Shown piece by piece: positions 10,172 through 21,301 of a stretch of 64,000 nucleotides of DNA; position 1 is the first letter of the stretch, and each line of letters begins with the position of its first letter. Where the stretch lies: assembly GCA_963664435.2 (NCBI GenBank), contig CAXXKM010000002.1, positions 256,001-320,000 of the forward strand, given 5' to 3'. The notes under the pieces are model-generated. The model made no database searches, was not told where the DNA came from, and saw nothing but the letters and a program-made list of their open reading frames with translations. Source of the DNA: Longimicrobiales bacterium (GTDB lineage Bacteria > Gemmatimonadota > Gemmatimonadetes > Longimicrobiales > Gaopeijiaceae). The translations under genes were made by a program, and so were the position numbers.

Positions 10172-11359
10172 ATGCTGTTCCGTAGACTCACGGTCAAGGG
10201 GCTGCTGTCCTTCGGGCCGAAAGGGATCGATCTTCCCCTGGAACCGCTGAACGTTCTAATCGGCCCCAATGGTTCTGGGAAAACCAACCTCTTGGAAGCC
10301 TTGGCGGTGTTGCAGGCTGCGCCCGGCAACCTGAGTGAGCCGTTCGTCACCGACGGCATTGTCGAGTGGCTCTGGAAGGGACCGAATGCGCGTGATTCAT
10401 GCACCATTGAGGTCTCGATACGCGACAGCAGCCGCTCGATGAAGCACTCCCTGACGTTGACCCACCACGCAGGACACCCGGTCATAAAGGACGAAAGGCT
10501 GGAATCGCGGACGATGCCCGATCAGGATGACGACTCCCTGCGTTTCCGTCGTTCTCGCGAGGACGGTTGGCCAACCGAAGCAGCGGGACGATTCATCGTT
10601 GATATGCGAGAATCGGAGTCAAAGCCGAGAAACCTGATTCTATTCGATGCCGCCTATCACCCCGAAATGTCATTCGTTTCGCTCGTAAGCCCACCCGACT
10701 TCCCCGAGCTTTGGCGACTAAAGGAACAATACACGCGCATCAGTCTCTTTCGGGACTGGTCCTTTGGGCCAAAAGCGGGATCGCGCCAATCCCCGAGCGC
10801 CCATGACCGCGCGGACTTTCTGAGCGAGGGCGGAGCGAACCTGCCTGTGGTGCTCTCGCACTTCCACGGTGAATCCAAGGCGCGAATGGTTAAGGCGCTG
10901 CGGCAGCTGTCGGGTGACATCATGGACTTCAGCTGCTCCGTGGCGGGCGGCAGGGTATTGCTCTTCCTTACGGAGCGTGGATCTCGGCTCATCCCCGCAA
11001 CCCGCCTCTCCGACGGCACACTCCGCTATCTGTGCCTGCTCGCCATACTGCTGCACCCTGAACCACCCCCACTCGTCGCTATCGAGGAACCGGAGCTCGG
11101 GCTTCACCCCGACTTGTTGCCGACGCTGGCCGATCTCCTGGTCGATGCGTCCCAACGCACGCAATTGGTCGTTACGACCCACTCCGACATCCTGGTGGAT
11201 GCGCTGACCGAGAAGCCGGAGAGCATCGTGGTGTGTGAAAAACACGACGGCCAAACCGAAATGCGCCGGCTGGACAGGAACGACCTGGAGAAGTGGCTCA
11301 AGGACTACCGCCTTGGCGAGCTTTGGACCTCGGGAGAGTTGGGCGGCAACCGTTGGTGA
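10172..11359 (+). CDS. ABC-type ATPase (AAA_21/AAA_15-like, soluble)
   Basis: GPNGSGKTN, signature LSDGTLR, Walker B IEEPELGLHP, VTTHS; C-terminal LGELWTSGELGGNRW. Confidence 0.9.
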   Translation: MLFRRLTVKGLLSFGPKGIDLPLEPLNVLIGPNGSGKTNLLEALAVLQAAPGNLSEPFVTDGIVEWLWKGPNARDSCTIEVSIRDSSRSMKHSLTLTHHAGHPVIKDERLESRTMPDQDDDSLRFRRSREDGWPTEAAGRFIVDMRESESKPRNLILFDAAYHPEMSFVSLVSPPDFPELWRLKEQYTRISLFRDWSFGPKAGSRQSPSAHDRADFLSEGGANLPVVLSHFHGESKARMVKALRQLSGDIMDFSCSVAGGRVLLFLTERGSRLIPATRLSDGTLRYLCLLAILLHPEPPPLVAIEEPELGLHPDLLPTLADLLVDASQRTQLVVTTHSDILVDALTEKPESIVVCEKHDGQTEMRRLDRNDLEKWLKDYRLGELWTSGELGGNRW

Positions 11360-11952
11360 CCGCCAAGCTGTACATCGAGGGCGGTGGGGAAAGGTCGAAG
11401 AGCCAAGCGGCGCGTTTCCGTCAGGGTTGGAATCGCTTCTTCGAGAAGGTCGGGGTAGGTGGGCGTGTCAAGATCGTGCGCGGTGGAAGCCGCGATCGCA
11501 CCTTTGACCGGTTTGTCAGTGCGGTTTCGGAACCCTCGCATGACGATTTGCCCATTCTCGTTGTCGACAGCGAAAGCGTCGTTCAGCCGGAACATTCTGT
11601 CTGGGAGCATTTGAGGACGAGAGACAACTGGCGCCAGCCGCAGAACGCGGGCGACGATCAAGCCTTCCTGATGGTCCAGTTCATGGAAACCTGGTTCCTG
11701 GCCGATCGCGAGGCGTTGCAACGCTACTTCGGTGCAGGCTTTCGGAAGAAGAAACTGAAGCAGTGGCCTCGGTTGGAAGCGGTGGGAAAGGCGGCCGTCC
11801 TGACCGCACTTGACCAAGCCACGTCAAAATGTTCGAAGCCCTACGGGAAGGGCAGAGCCTCCTTTGAGCTACTGGGGACGATCGATCCCGGTCGGGTCGC
11901 GCAAGCGTGTCCTCATGCCAAGTCACTGATGGATCGCCTCAAGGAGCTTTAG
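11356..11952 (+). CDS. DUF4276 family (TOPRIM-like) protein
   Basis: YIEGGG, LVVDSE, METWFLADREAL and CPH motifs; GTGA overlap with the ATPase. Confidence 0.8.
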   Translation: MTAKLYIEGGGERSKSQAARFRQGWNRFFEKVGVGGRVKIVRGGSRDRTFDRFVSAVSEPSHDDLPILVVDSESVVQPEHSVWEHLRTRDNWRQPQNAGDDQAFLMVQFMETWFLADREALQRYFGAGFRKKKLKQWPRLEAVGKAAVLTALDQATSKCSKPYGKGRASFELLGTIDPGRVAQACPHAKSLMDRLKEL

Positions 11953-12021
11953 CAACGTCCGCCTGAGCCAATCCGACTCGCCCTGCTCGAGCGAACCACC
12001 CCTTATCCCTTCCCCGCCACC

Positions 12022-13494
12022 TCACCCATCTCCCAGCGCCCGCCGCAGGAACTTCGCCGCGCGCGGGATGACGCCGTTCAAGTCGAAGACCTCGTGTCCG
12101 GCGCCCTCGTAGATGAACGCCTCGAATTCCGGCGGTTGCCGCCCCAGCGCCTCCATGACCCGGATCAGGGAATGCGCCTGGCTTACGGAGACGGTCTCGT
12201 CGACGACTCCGTGATGCAGCTGGACGGCAGGCAGATCCTCGGCGAAAAGCACGGCGGAGCGGCGAACCAGCTCCAGGCGAACCCTGCCAAGTTCCATCCG
12301 ACCGCCCAGATAGGGCTGGACGAGTGTGGAATCCATGTGCGCGACCCCGGTGAGTTCGCGCGGCATTCCCAGCGCCGCCTCGCGCACGATCTCCCGCACC
12401 CATTGGTCGAAAAAGTCGGTGGGACCGAACAGGGTGATGATGTTCTCGACCCGTTCGTCCCGAATTCCGGCCAGCAGAGCCACGCCTCCGCCCCGGCTGC
12501 CTCCCAGGAGGCTGAGGCCTTCGGGTTTCGCCTGCGGGGTCAGCGCCAGCGCCACGTTCAGGAGCGCCAGGGCATCGTCCACGTCGTAGTCCCAGTGCCC
12601 GCCGGGGCCTGTCGAGGTCCACTCCCGGTCGCCGTGCCGCAAGGGCTCGCTGCGATACGACGGAATCACGTACACGAAGCTGTCGCGCAGCTCCCCGAGC
12701 GCGAAGGCGAGGAACTGGACATCGTCCACGTCAACGCCGTTGTCGCCGCCGTGCAGGTACATCAGGACGGGCAGGCTGGCCGCCCGCCTCGTCTTCGGGG
12801 CGACGATCGCTCCGTAGTGACGCACCTCGCCGACCAGGTGGGACACCACGCGCAGCGTCGCCGGGGAACCAAAGAGAGAATAGGCCTCGGTCAACTCGAT
12901 GGTCAGGCCGGCGGGCGAAATGTCGCGGTCCGCCCAGTCGGCGCGCACGGCCGCGATCTCCGCAGCGGTGGCCGGCGCGAAAAGGACCTCGAGTTCGGCT
13001 TCCAGGTCGATCGCGTTGGCAGTGACCGCCGTCGCGGCCAGGCCCGCCGCGACCAGGAGCGTCTGGACGCCGGGATCGGGTCCGATCGTCCACGTGATCG
13101 ACACGTCGCCGTTCTGGTCGGTGGTGGCTCGACCCGGCTCCACCCCGCCGCTCCCCGGGGTCGTCACGAAGTCGACGGAGATGCCGGGAACCGGAAGTCC
13201 GTCCGCATCCAGCGCGCGGAACACGATCGGTTCGTCGAGCCGGGTGCCGATCAAGGCCGGCTGACCTCCGCCGGACACGACGGTGATGGCGACCGCCGAG
13301 GGCCCGGGGTCGAGCTCGACCGGATCGCTGGTCCGTTCGCACCCCGCCAGTACTGTGAGCGTCAGCAGCGCCGGCAGCGGGCGCCAGCGTCCCGGCCGCG
13401 CGGCCTTCCGGCGAAACAACGCGGTCGCGGGTCGCACAGGCGGGCCGAACACCTCGTGGTGCACGGCACGGGTTGTCCGGAGCCGGGGTGTCAT
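12022..13494 (-). CDS. Lipoprotein with an Ig-like (Big-1-like) domain and an alpha/beta hydrolase (S9-like) domain
   Basis: Lipobox VLAGC; ATTDQNG Ig-like segment; YLHGG, GGSRGG nucleophile elbow, [13 protein letters not shown]; start uncertain. Confidence 0.75.
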   Translation of the reverse strand: MTPRLRTTRAVHHEVFGPPVRPATALFRRKAARPGRWRPLPALLTLTVLAGCERTSDPVELDPGPSAVAITVVSGGGQPALIGTRLDEPIVFRALDADGLPVPGISVDFVTTPGSGGVEPGRATTDQNGDVSITWTIGPDPGVQTLLVAAGLAATAVTANAIDLEAELEVLFAPATAAEIAAVRADWADRDISPAGLTIELTEAYSLFGSPATLRVVSHLVGEVRHYGAIVAPKTRRAASLPVLMYLHGGDNGVDVDDVQFLAFALGELRDSFVYVIPSYRSEPLRHGDREWTSTGPGGHWDYDVDDALALLNVALALTPQAKPEGLSLLGGSRGGGVALLAGIRDERVENIITLFGPTDFFDQWVREIVREAALGMPRELTGVAHMDSTLVQPYLGGRMELGRVRLELVRRSAVLFAEDLPAVQLHHGVVDETVSVSQAHSLIRVMEALGRQPPEFEAFIYEGAGHEVFDLNGVIPRAAKFLRRALGDG

Positions 13495-13688
13495 TCGGCT
13501 ATCGGCACTGCTCGGCAAATCAAGCCTCCTCAAATCGCGCTCGCCGGTTTCTCGTCCCATGGCATCCGCTTGCCGGGAACGATAACCCCAACCGTGTCCC
13601 AGCGGCGCATGGCTCTTCCGCTTGCCCGCACGGGAGGCGGAGACCCACATTCGCGCGGTCCGTCAGGCGATTCAACCCGGAGGCCTCC

Positions 13689-15401
13689 ATGTCCCCAGGC
13701 GTTCAAGCCGCGCTCGCGCTCCTCCCCATTTTCATCGGAGGAACCCTGCTCGTCGGATTCCGGGTGCCGGCGAAGTTCGCGATGCCCATCGCCTACGTCT
13801 CGGCCGTCGTCGTGGCGCTGACGGCGTGGCAGGTGGCCCCGGTGCGCGTCGCGGCGTCTTCCGTCCAGGGGCTGTTCCTGACCTTCGATCTGCTGGTCAT
13901 CATCTTCGGCGCGATTCTGCTGCTGAATACGCTGGAACAGTCCGGGGGCGTCTCGGCCATCCGGCGCAGTTTCCGCAGCATCAGCGAGGACCGCCGGGTC
14001 CAGATCATCATCATCGCCTGGCTGTTCGGATCCTTCATCGAGGGGGCCGCCGGGTTCGGCACGCCGGCTGCGGTGGCCGCGCCGCTCATGGTGGCGATGG
14101 GCTTTCCGGCCGCCGGGGCCGTGATGATCGGCATGATGATCCAGAGCACCGCGGTGACCTTCGGCGCCGTGGGCACGCCCGTGCTGGTGGGGGTGCAGGG
14201 CGGCCTGGGGGGAGAGGCCTTCGACGCCCAGCTCCTGGCCGCCGGCATCACCATGGACGAGTTCCTGCGCCTGGTGACCGACCGGGTCGTGGTCCTGCAT
14301 GCCATCGCGGGCACCCTGATGCCCACCTTCATGATCGTCATGACCACCCGGTTCTTCGGCGCCAACCGGTCGTGGACGGAAGGGCTGTCGATCTTCCCCT
14401 TCGCGCTCTTCGCGGGGGTCGCGTTCACCGTCCCCTACATGTTCACGGGCTGGCTCCTGGGACCGGAGTTTCCCGCGCTGCTCGGGGCACCGGTCGGCCT
14501 CGCGATCGTGATCTTCGCCGCGCGCCGGGGTTTCCTGATCCCGGACGACACATGGGACTTTCCGGAGCGGAGCCGCTGGGGCCGGGGCTGGGCCAGCGGG
14601 CTGGAGGCCCGGCAGGACCTGGACGACGACGACAGGCGGGTTACGGTGGGCATGGCCTGGGCGCCCTACGCGCTTCTGGCGGTGCTGCTGGTGCTGAGCC
14701 GGCTGGCGGCGCTGCCCGTACAGGACTGGCTGCGCACGCCCGCCATCACCTGGGCGAACGTCTTCGGGACCGACATCACCGCCACCACCACCCCGCTCTA
14801 CCTTCCCGGCACCATCCTGATCGCGGTGGTCGCCGTGACCTTCTTCCTGCACCGCATGAAGTTTGCCGAGCTGCAGCGCGCGTTCACCAAGTCGTCGCGC
14901 GTGCTCCTCGGGGCCGGTTTCGTGCTCATCTTCACCGTGCCGATGGTACGCATCTACATCCAGTCGGGCGTGAACGCGGCCGACCTGGTAAGCATGCCCA
15001 TCGCCATGGCCGCCTGGGTTGCGGACAACGTGGGGCAGGTGTGGCCGCTGTTCGCCGGCGTCACCGGGGCGCTGGGAGCCTTCATCGCCGGGTCGAACAC
15101 GGTCAGCAACCTCATGTTCTCGCTCTTCCAGCACGGCGTCGCGGAGAGGCTGGCGGTGTCGAGCGCGATGATCGTGGCGCTGCAGGCGGTCGGGGCCGCG
15201 GCCGGAAACATGATCGCGATCCACAACGTGGTCGCCGCATCCGCCACCGTGGGCCTGCTGGGTCAGGAGGGGGTCACGCTGCGCAAGACCATCCTGCCCA
15301 CCATCTACTACCTGACCGTCATCGGCGTGCTGGGGCTGATCGCCGTGCACCTCATCGGCCTGGCCGATCCACTTATGGTGGCGAGCGGCGGAAGTCCCTA
15401 A
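13689..15401 (+). CDS. L-lactate permease (LctP family)
   Basis: [34 protein letters not shown] and GNMIA motifs; GGAGG RBS before ATG 13689. Confidence 0.93.
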   Translation: MSPGVQAALALLPIFIGGTLLVGFRVPAKFAMPIAYVSAVVVALTAWQVAPVRVAASSVQGLFLTFDLLVIIFGAILLLNTLEQSGGVSAIRRSFRSISEDRRVQIIIIAWLFGSFIEGAAGFGTPAAVAAPLMVAMGFPAAGAVMIGMMIQSTAVTFGAVGTPVLVGVQGGLGGEAFDAQLLAAGITMDEFLRLVTDRVVVLHAIAGTLMPTFMIVMTTRFFGANRSWTEGLSIFPFALFAGVAFTVPYMFTGWLLGPEFPALLGAPVGLAIVIFAARRGFLIPDDTWDFPERSRWGRGWASGLEARQDLDDDDRRVTVGMAWAPYALLAVLLVLSRLAALPVQDWLRTPAITWANVFGTDITATTTPLYLPGTILIAVVAVTFFLHRMKFAELQRAFTKSSRVLLGAGFVLIFTVPMVRIYIQSGVNAADLVSMPIAMAAWVADNVGQVWPLFAGVTGALGAFIAGSNTVSNLMFSLFQHGVAERLAVSSAMIVALQAVGAAAGNMIAIHNVVAASATVGLLGQEGVTLRKTILPTIYYLTVIGVLGLIAVHLIGLADPLMVASGGSP

Positions 15402-15622
15402 GCCACGTTGCGAGCCGGCGAGGCGGCTGATCCGGGCGCCGATCGATCCGGAAATCATCCAACCGGTTACCCCCGGACGGCTGTCCGGCGCGGACACGGT
15501 TCGGCGCGGGAATCCTTGACCGGGGTGTGGCGGGCCAATCTCTTGGATGAGGGGAGTCGCCGCGTTCAGGCTCGCCTCGCGGACCCCGCCCGAAGCTTCG
15601 CCCCGAACAAGGACGGTCTCGC

Positions 15623-16933
15623 ATGTCCGACTCTCGACGACACGGCTTCATCCACGGCATCGCCGCTCCGCTGCTTGTCCTCACCCTCGCCGGCTGCGCG
15701 CCCGCCGACGCGCCATCGCCGGATCGCGTGGTCGCTTTCACCGGCATGCGCCTCATCGACGGGCTCGGCGGCGCGCCGGTCGATGACGCGGCGATGGTGG
15801 TGCGGGACGGGCGCATCGAAGCGGTGGGCCCGGCGGCCGGGATGGAAATCCCCGAGGGCGCCGAACAGATCGACCTGAGCGGCCGACATGTGGTGCCCGG
15901 ACTCATCAACACCCACGGCCACGTGGGCCGCTCGGCCGTCGTCGGGCTGGAAAGGGAGGCCGCCGACGAGGCCGTCCGCGACGAACTCCGGCTGTACGCG
16001 GCCTACGGCGTGACCACTGTGAACAGCCTGGGCGGGGGCGTGGAGCCGAGCATGCGCGTGCGCGACGCCCAGAGGGACAACCCCGGCCTCAACTACGCCC
16101 GCCTGCTCATGTCCGGCCCCGTCCTCACGGGCTCAACCCCTGACGAAGTGCGCGCACAAATCGAGGAGAACTCCCGCCTGATCCCCGACTGGCTCAAGCT
16201 GCGCGTCGACGACAATCTGGGCTCCTCGACCAAGATGCCGCCCGAGGCCTATCGGACGGCCATCGACGAAGCTCACGCCATGGGCCTCCGCCTCGCTTCC
16301 CACATGTTCTACCTCGAAGACGCCAAGAACCTGCTGCGCTCGGGCAGCGACTTCCTCGCCCACAGCGTGCGCGACACGAACATCGACCAGGAGTTCGTCG
16401 ACCTCGTCATGGAGACGGGCGTGTGCTACTGCCCGACCCTGACCCGCGAAGTGTCCACTTTCGTGTACCGCGAGCGCCCCGTCTTCTTCGACGATCCGTT
16501 CTTCACCCGTTACGCCAACGCCGAGGAAGTGGCCACTCTGCTGGACGAGGAGCGCATGAACTCGGTCCGGGAAAGCCGCTCTGCGGCGCTGTACGAGGAA
16601 GCGCTGGCCGTGGCGCTGGGCAACGTGAAGGCGGCGGTCGACGCGGGTATCATCGTGGCCATGGGCACCGACACCGGGCCGTTCGGCCGCTTCCAGGGCT
16701 ACTTCGAGCACATGGAGATGGAGCTCATGGCCGCCGCCGGGCTCTCCCCGTCCCAGATTCTCGCCTCTGCCACCGGGGACGCCGCAGCGTGCCTCGAACT
16801 GGACGACGTGGGCACGCTCGAGGCCGGCAAGTGGGCCGACTTCGTCGTCGTCAGCGACGATCCCCTCGCCGACATCATGAACCTGCGCTCCATCGAGTCG
16901 GTGTGGATCGCGGGAAACCAGGTGGAGCGCTGA
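15623..16933 (+). CDS. Amidohydrolase family lipoprotein
   Basis: Lipobox LAGC; PGLINTHGH, MGTDTG and GKWADFVVV motifs. Confidence 0.88.
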   Translation: MSDSRRHGFIHGIAAPLLVLTLAGCAPADAPSPDRVVAFTGMRLIDGLGGAPVDDAAMVVRDGRIEAVGPAAGMEIPEGAEQIDLSGRHVVPGLINTHGHVGRSAVVGLEREAADEAVRDELRLYAAYGVTTVNSLGGGVEPSMRVRDAQRDNPGLNYARLLMSGPVLTGSTPDEVRAQIEENSRLIPDWLKLRVDDNLGSSTKMPPEAYRTAIDEAHAMGLRLASHMFYLEDAKNLLRSGSDFLAHSVRDTNIDQEFVDLVMETGVCYCPTLTREVSTFVYRERPVFFDDPFFTRYANAEEVATLLDEERMNSVRESRSAALYEEALAVALGNVKAAVDAGIIVAMGTDTGPFGRFQGYFEHMEMELMAAAGLSPSQILASATGDAAACLELDDVGTLEAGKWADFVVVSDDPLADIMNLRSIESVWIAGNQVER

Positions 16934-18060
16934 CAAATCCCAGGTCCCCACTCGTCGTCGTGCCGGTGAAGAGCCGCGCCGACCTGCGACGCTTCGTCGA
17001 CCTGCCATGGTCCATCTATCGCGACGACCTCGACTGGGTGCCGCCGCTGAAGCGCGATGTCCGTGCCGCCTTCGACACGGCGAAACACCCCTTCCACTCA
17101 CACTCCGAGGTCCAGCCCTGGCTCGCATTGCGCGGCCGCCGGGTCGTGGGGCGCATCTGCGCAATCCGGAACCGGAATCACGAACGGGTGCACCGGGAGG
17201 CGGTTGGTTTCTTCGGCTGGTTCGAGTGCATCGACGACGCAGAGGTGGCGGAGGGGCTGTTCGAGGCCGTTCGGGGCTGGCTGCGGGATCGCGGTCTCAC
17301 GGCCATGCGCGGCCCGACCAGCTTTTCCACCAACGAGACCACCGGCCTCCTCATCGAAGGAGACAGGGGGCCACCGGCGCTTCTTCTGGCCCACAACCCG
17401 CCCTGGTATCCGACCCTGCTCGAGGGCTGCGGGCTCCGGAAGGTCAAGGACCTCTACGCCTGGCACATCGTGGCGGGGAACTGGCCCGAATACCTGTTTC
17501 GCGCCGAGAGGATCGTGACGCACCGCTACGGCATCCGCATCCGCACATTCGAAATGCCGAGGTTCGACCAGGAACTCGCCCTCGTTCGGCGACTCTACAA
17601 TTCCGCCTGGAGGAAGAACTGGGGCTTCGTGCCCATGACGGACGCCGAGATTGATCGCATGGCCGCCGAGCTGAAGCCGATCATGGATCCGAGCCTGGCC
17701 CTGTTCGCGGAAACACCCGCAGGGGAAGTGATCGGACTCGCGCTCGCCTTGCCGGATTTCAACCAGGTGCTGCACAGGCTCAACGGGCGGCTCACTCCGC
17801 TCGCAATCATCAAGCTGCTGGTCCACAAGCGCAGGATCACGCGCCTGCGCGTCCTCATCCTGGGGCTCCTGGAGGAGTGGCGGGGCAAGGGCATCGATGC
17901 GCTCCTCTACCTCGCGCTGTTCCGAAACGCCAGTGCAGCCGGGATGACGGAGGCGGACATGTCCTGGATTCTCGAGGGAAACCACCGAATGAACGCCGCG
18001 ATCGAACGCATGGGAGGCAGGATCTACCGCACCTACCGCCTCTACGAGGCTCCGCTGTAG
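16930..18060 (+). CDS. GNAT-like N-acetyltransferase (YghO-like)
   Basis: GRICA, GFFGWFE, RGP, NWGFVPMT, WRGKGI and SWILEGN motifs; start approximate, overlapping the upstream stop. Confidence 0.78.
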   Translation: MTNPRSPLVVVPVKSRADLRRFVDLPWSIYRDDLDWVPPLKRDVRAAFDTAKHPFHSHSEVQPWLALRGRRVVGRICAIRNRNHERVHREAVGFFGWFECIDDAEVAEGLFEAVRGWLRDRGLTAMRGPTSFSTNETTGLLIEGDRGPPALLLAHNPPWYPTLLEGCGLRKVKDLYAWHIVAGNWPEYLFRAERIVTHRYGIRIRTFEMPRFDQELALVRRLYNSAWRKNWGFVPMTDAEIDRMAAELKPIMDPSLALFAETPAGEVIGLALALPDFNQVLHRLNGRLTPLAIIKLLVHKRRITRLRVLILGLLEEWRGKGIDALLYLALFRNASAAGMTEADMSWILEGNHRMNAAIERMGGRIYRTYRLYEAPL

Positions 18061-18174
18061 CCGGGCTCCTTTCTCGCCTGGCACGCTTCCGCTCTGATCA
18101 CAACCGCGCGGCCCGGCAGCCCATACCGTAGCGGCAGTTCACCGCGGATCCGCGCGAACCGGGCGTCCCCCCCG

Positions 18175-18203
18175 TTGACCCCCTTCACGCCTCCGGCTAG
18201 AAT
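18175..18203 (+). promoter_or_regulatory. Sigma70-type promoter of the btuB leader
   Basis: TTGACC (18175-18180), 17-bp spacer, TAGAAT (18198-18203). Confidence 0.7.
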
Positions 18204-18209
18204 CTCGCT

Positions 18210-18385
18210 TCAGTAGAGGCCGGAGGGGCCCACGGAAGCCGGTGCGAATCCGGCGCGGCCCCGCCACTGTGATGGGGTCCGGGTTTTCCCGGAAACTCCG
18301 GCTCCGATGTGCCACCGGGCCCTGAAGGCGAGCCCGGGAAGGCGAGACCGGAGGCCTCAAGCCAGGAGACGAGCCCGTCCGGCGC
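18210..18385 (+). ncRNA. Cobalamin riboswitch
   Basis: GGAAGCCGGTGCGAATCCGGCGCGGCCCCGCCACTGTGA, GCCACCG...GGGAAGGC and AGCCAGGAGAC B12-box elements upstream of a TonB-dependent receptor. Confidence 0.93.
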
Positions 18386-18443
18386 CCTTTTCGACCACCT
18401 CCGCGGGGAGGTGAGGGGCGCCTTCCAAGACGCGTTCGCGTCG

Positions 18444-18486
18444 GTCGGCATCTCCTCTTTCTTCCGCGCGGCAGAGGAGAGCCGAC
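18444..18486 (+). promoter_or_regulatory. Shine-Dalgarno-sequestering hairpin (riboswitch expression platform)
   Basis: GTCGGC(A)TCTCCTCT pairs with AGAGGAGAGCCGAC, covering the GAGGAG RBS just before ATG 18487. Confidence 0.7.
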
Positions 18487-20565
18487 ATGAGCCGTGCTGG
18501 ATCCGCCCGTCTTGCCGCCGCGGCCACCCACCTCGCCTCCGCGACCGCCCTCCCTGGCGCCGCCAACGCACGCCCTGCTGCCGCGACCGAACGTCTTGCT
18601 GCCGCGGCCGCTGTGTGCCTTGGCGCCATTGCCATCACCATGGCCTGTCCTGCCGTGCCCGTTGCCGCCCAGGGACCGGGCAGCCTGCAGGGGCTGGTGG
18701 TCACCGCCAACCGGCTGCACCAACCCGAATGGGCCGCCGCGGCCCACACGACCATCCTCCACGGCCCCGAACTGGAACGGGCCGGCATCGAGTACGTGGC
18801 CGACGCCCTGCGCCAGCTCCCGGGCGTGGCGCTGGCCCGGAGCGGCTCGTTCGGCGCCATCACTTCGCTCTTCCTGCGCGGAGGCGAGTCGGACTACGTG
18901 CAGGTGCTGGTCGACGGGGTGCACGTGAACGAACCCGGCGGAGCCTTCGATTTCGCCTCCCTCACCACGGACAACGTGGAGCGCATCGAGATCGTGCGGG
19001 GGCCCGCCTCCGCGCTCTACGGCTCGGACGCGGTGAGCGGCGTCATCCAGATCTTCACCCGCCGGGGAAGCGGCCGGCCCCGGGGAGACCTGTCCTTCCA
19101 GGGGGGCAGCTACGGCACCCGGCGCTGGCAAGGGGGACTCTCGGGCGGCACCGGGTCGCTCTCCTATGCATTTTCCGCCGGGAGGAACGAGACCGACGGC
19201 ATCCTCGATTTCAACAACGAGTTTCTGCAGACCACGGTCACGGGACTCGTCCAGGGGAGGCTCGATGAAGCTGCCGACGCATCGGTGTCGGTGCGTTACG
19301 AGGATCGACGCTTCCACTATCCCACCGACGGCTCCGGGAACCTGGTGGATGAGAACGCCAACAGCTTCGGGGACGCCCTCTCGGTCAACATCGGCGCGGG
19401 ACGGCGCTGGAGCGACGCCTTCGAGACCCGCTTCGGGATAAACGTCCACGAATCGGACGCGGGCACCGACGACGCCCCGGACGGACCGGCCGACACGCTC
19501 GGCTACCACGGTTTCAAGAGCCTCGCCGACCTGCGGCGGACGACGTTGGGCGCACGGGCCATCTGGCGTCCCGGCGAGGGAAGGTCGGTCGCCGCCGGAT
19601 ACGAGCTGGAGCAGCAGTCGGTACGCGATTTCAGCGAATCCCTCTCCCAGTGGGGCCCGAGTTCGGCCAACTCGCGGAACGAGCGCGGAAACCAGGCTTT
19701 CTACGCCCAGCTGTCGGAGTTTCGCGGGCCGGCGGCGCTGAACGCCGGGCTGCGCCTCGAGGACAACGAGCGCTTCGGCGCGGCGATGACCTGGCGCGCG
19801 GGTGCGGCGTGGCGCGTGGCGTCCTCGGGCACGCGCATGCGGGCGTCGGCGGGCACAGGGATCAAGGAGCCGACCTTCTACGAGACCTACGCCACCGGCT
19901 TCGCGACCGGCAACCCGGAACTCGAGCCGGAGGAATCGACCAGCTTCGAGGCTGGGCTGGACCAGGAACTGGGGAGCATCGGCCGACTCTCGATCACCGG
20001 ATTCAGCCAGAGCTACCGCAACCTGATCCAGTACACCTTCTCGCCTCCCGAGCCGGGGGGTCCCAACTACCACAACGTGGCACGGGCGCGCAGCCGCGGG
20101 CTTGAGGCGGAGGCGTCGGTTGCGGCGAGCCGCGTGCGGCTGTCCGGCTTCTACACGTACCTAGACACGGAAGTGGAGGACGCGGGCTTCGACGAGGGCC
20201 CTTCGGCGACGTTCGTGGAGGGGGAGCCGTTGCTGCGCAGGCCGAGGCACACCGTCGGGGCGAGCGCCTTGGTCCAGGTCGCGAGCGGGATCGGGCTCGA
20301 CGCGAGCGTGCGGCGCACGGGAGAGCGCGGCGACCGCGACTTCAGCGGCTATCCGGCCGTCCCGGTCACGCTGCCCGCGTACACGCTGGTGGATCTCGCG
20401 GCAAGCTTCGAGCTGGCCCCGGGCCCGGGACGCCCGGGGATGCGGCTGACCCTGCGCATGGAAAACCTGCTGGACGAATCCTACCATGAAGTGTGGGGAT
20501 TCGCCGCGCCCGGGCGGGCCGTCTACGTTGGCGGCAGCGTGGCGGTGGGCGGCAGCGAAGGATAG
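18487..20565 (+). CDS. btuB: TonB-dependent vitamin B12 receptor (BtuB-like)
   Basis: VVTANR, LRGGES, VERIEIVRGPASALYGSDAVSGVI plug motif, ENLLDESY...PGR C-terminus; downstream of a B12 riboswitch. Confidence 0.85.
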   Translation: MSRAGSARLAAAATHLASATALPGAANARPAAATERLAAAAAVCLGAIAITMACPAVPVAAQGPGSLQGLVVTANRLHQPEWAAAAHTTILHGPELERAGIEYVADALRQLPGVALARSGSFGAITSLFLRGGESDYVQVLVDGVHVNEPGGAFDFASLTTDNVERIEIVRGPASALYGSDAVSGVIQIFTRRGSGRPRGDLSFQGGSYGTRRWQGGLSGGTGSLSYAFSAGRNETDGILDFNNEFLQTTVTGLVQGRLDEAADASVSVRYEDRRFHYPTDGSGNLVDENANSFGDALSVNIGAGRRWSDAFETRFGINVHESDAGTDDAPDGPADTLGYHGFKSLADLRRTTLGARAIWRPGEGRSVAAGYELEQQSVRDFSESLSQWGPSSANSRNERGNQAFYAQLSEFRGPAALNAGLRLEDNERFGAAMTWRAGAAWRVASSGTRMRASAGTGIKEPTFYETYATGFATGNPELEPEESTSFEAGLDQELGSIGRLSITGFSQSYRNLIQYTFSPPEPGGPNYHNVARARSRGLEAEASVAASRVRLSGFYTYLDTEVEDAGFDEGPSATFVEGEPLLRRPRHTVGASALVQVASGIGLDASVRRTGERGDRDFSGYPAVPVTLPAYTLVDLAASFELAPGPGRPGMRLTLRMENLLDESYHEVWGFAAPGRAVYVGGSVAVGGSEG

Positions 20566-20675
20566 GCGGGAAGGAGGCCCCGGCGACCCGGGATGGGACG
20601 CGGTCGGGGGGAAGAGAATCGACGGCCGGAAAGAGGCCGCTCATCGGACAAACCGGAGAAGAAGGAGGAAGGGAG

Positions 20676-21281
20676 ATGAAACCGCGGCTTTCCGTGATCG
20701 TGGCGATGCTTGCCGTGGCCGTCTGCGTGCGGCTGGCCCCGTATCTGCTGGCGCAGTTCGGGATGTCGATCGACCCGGAGCGGACCACCTATCCGTGGAA
20801 CTTCTCGCCCATGCTGCCGCTCTGCCTGTTCGGGGGAGCGTTTTTCGCGCAGGCGCGAACCGCGTACCTGGTCCCGTTCGCCGCATGGGTGCTCGGCGAC
20901 CTGGGGATCCTGGCGCTGACCGGTCGGGTCGACTGGGCGTTCTACCCCAACCAGCCGCTGGTCTACCTGTCGCTCGCCCTAGTGGCGACCACGGGATTCG
21001 CGCTGCGCGGCGAGACGTCGTGGACGCGGGTGGCGGGCGCCGGGCTGGCGTCGTCGGTCGGGTTCTTCGTGATCACCAACTTCGGCGTGTGGGCCTTCGG
21101 CGACGGCCTGCTCTACCCGAAAACGCTCTCCGGGCTGGTGGACTGCTACGTGCGCGCGATCCCCTTCTTCCGCAACACCCTGATCAGCATGGTGGTCTTC
21201 CTGCCGCTCCTGTTCAGCCGCGTCGCCCTGAGAAACCCGGCGCCCATCCCGCTCTCCCGGCTCGCGTCCAGCCGCACATAA
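20676..21281 (+). CDS. DUF6580-like putative membrane transport protein
   Basis: WNFSPM..LCLFGG, FFVITNFGVW, CYVRAIPFFRNTL; multiple TM segments. Confidence 0.75.
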   Translation: MKPRLSVIVAMLAVAVCVRLAPYLLAQFGMSIDPERTTYPWNFSPMLPLCLFGGAFFAQARTAYLVPFAAWVLGDLGILALTGRVDWAFYPNQPLVYLSLALVATTGFALRGETSWTRVAGAGLASSVGFFVITNFGVWAFGDGLLYPKTLSGLVDCYVRAIPFFRNTLISMVVFLPLLFSRVALRNPAPIPLSRLASSRT

Positions 21282-21301
21282 CACGGACATCAGGCACCGG
21301 G

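Noticed and set aside
20486..21301. Apparent 583-aa ORF fusing upstream sequence to the BtuF-like protein
   Set aside because: The upstream part overlaps btuB and the DUF6580-like gene in another frame; the real start is ATG 21302
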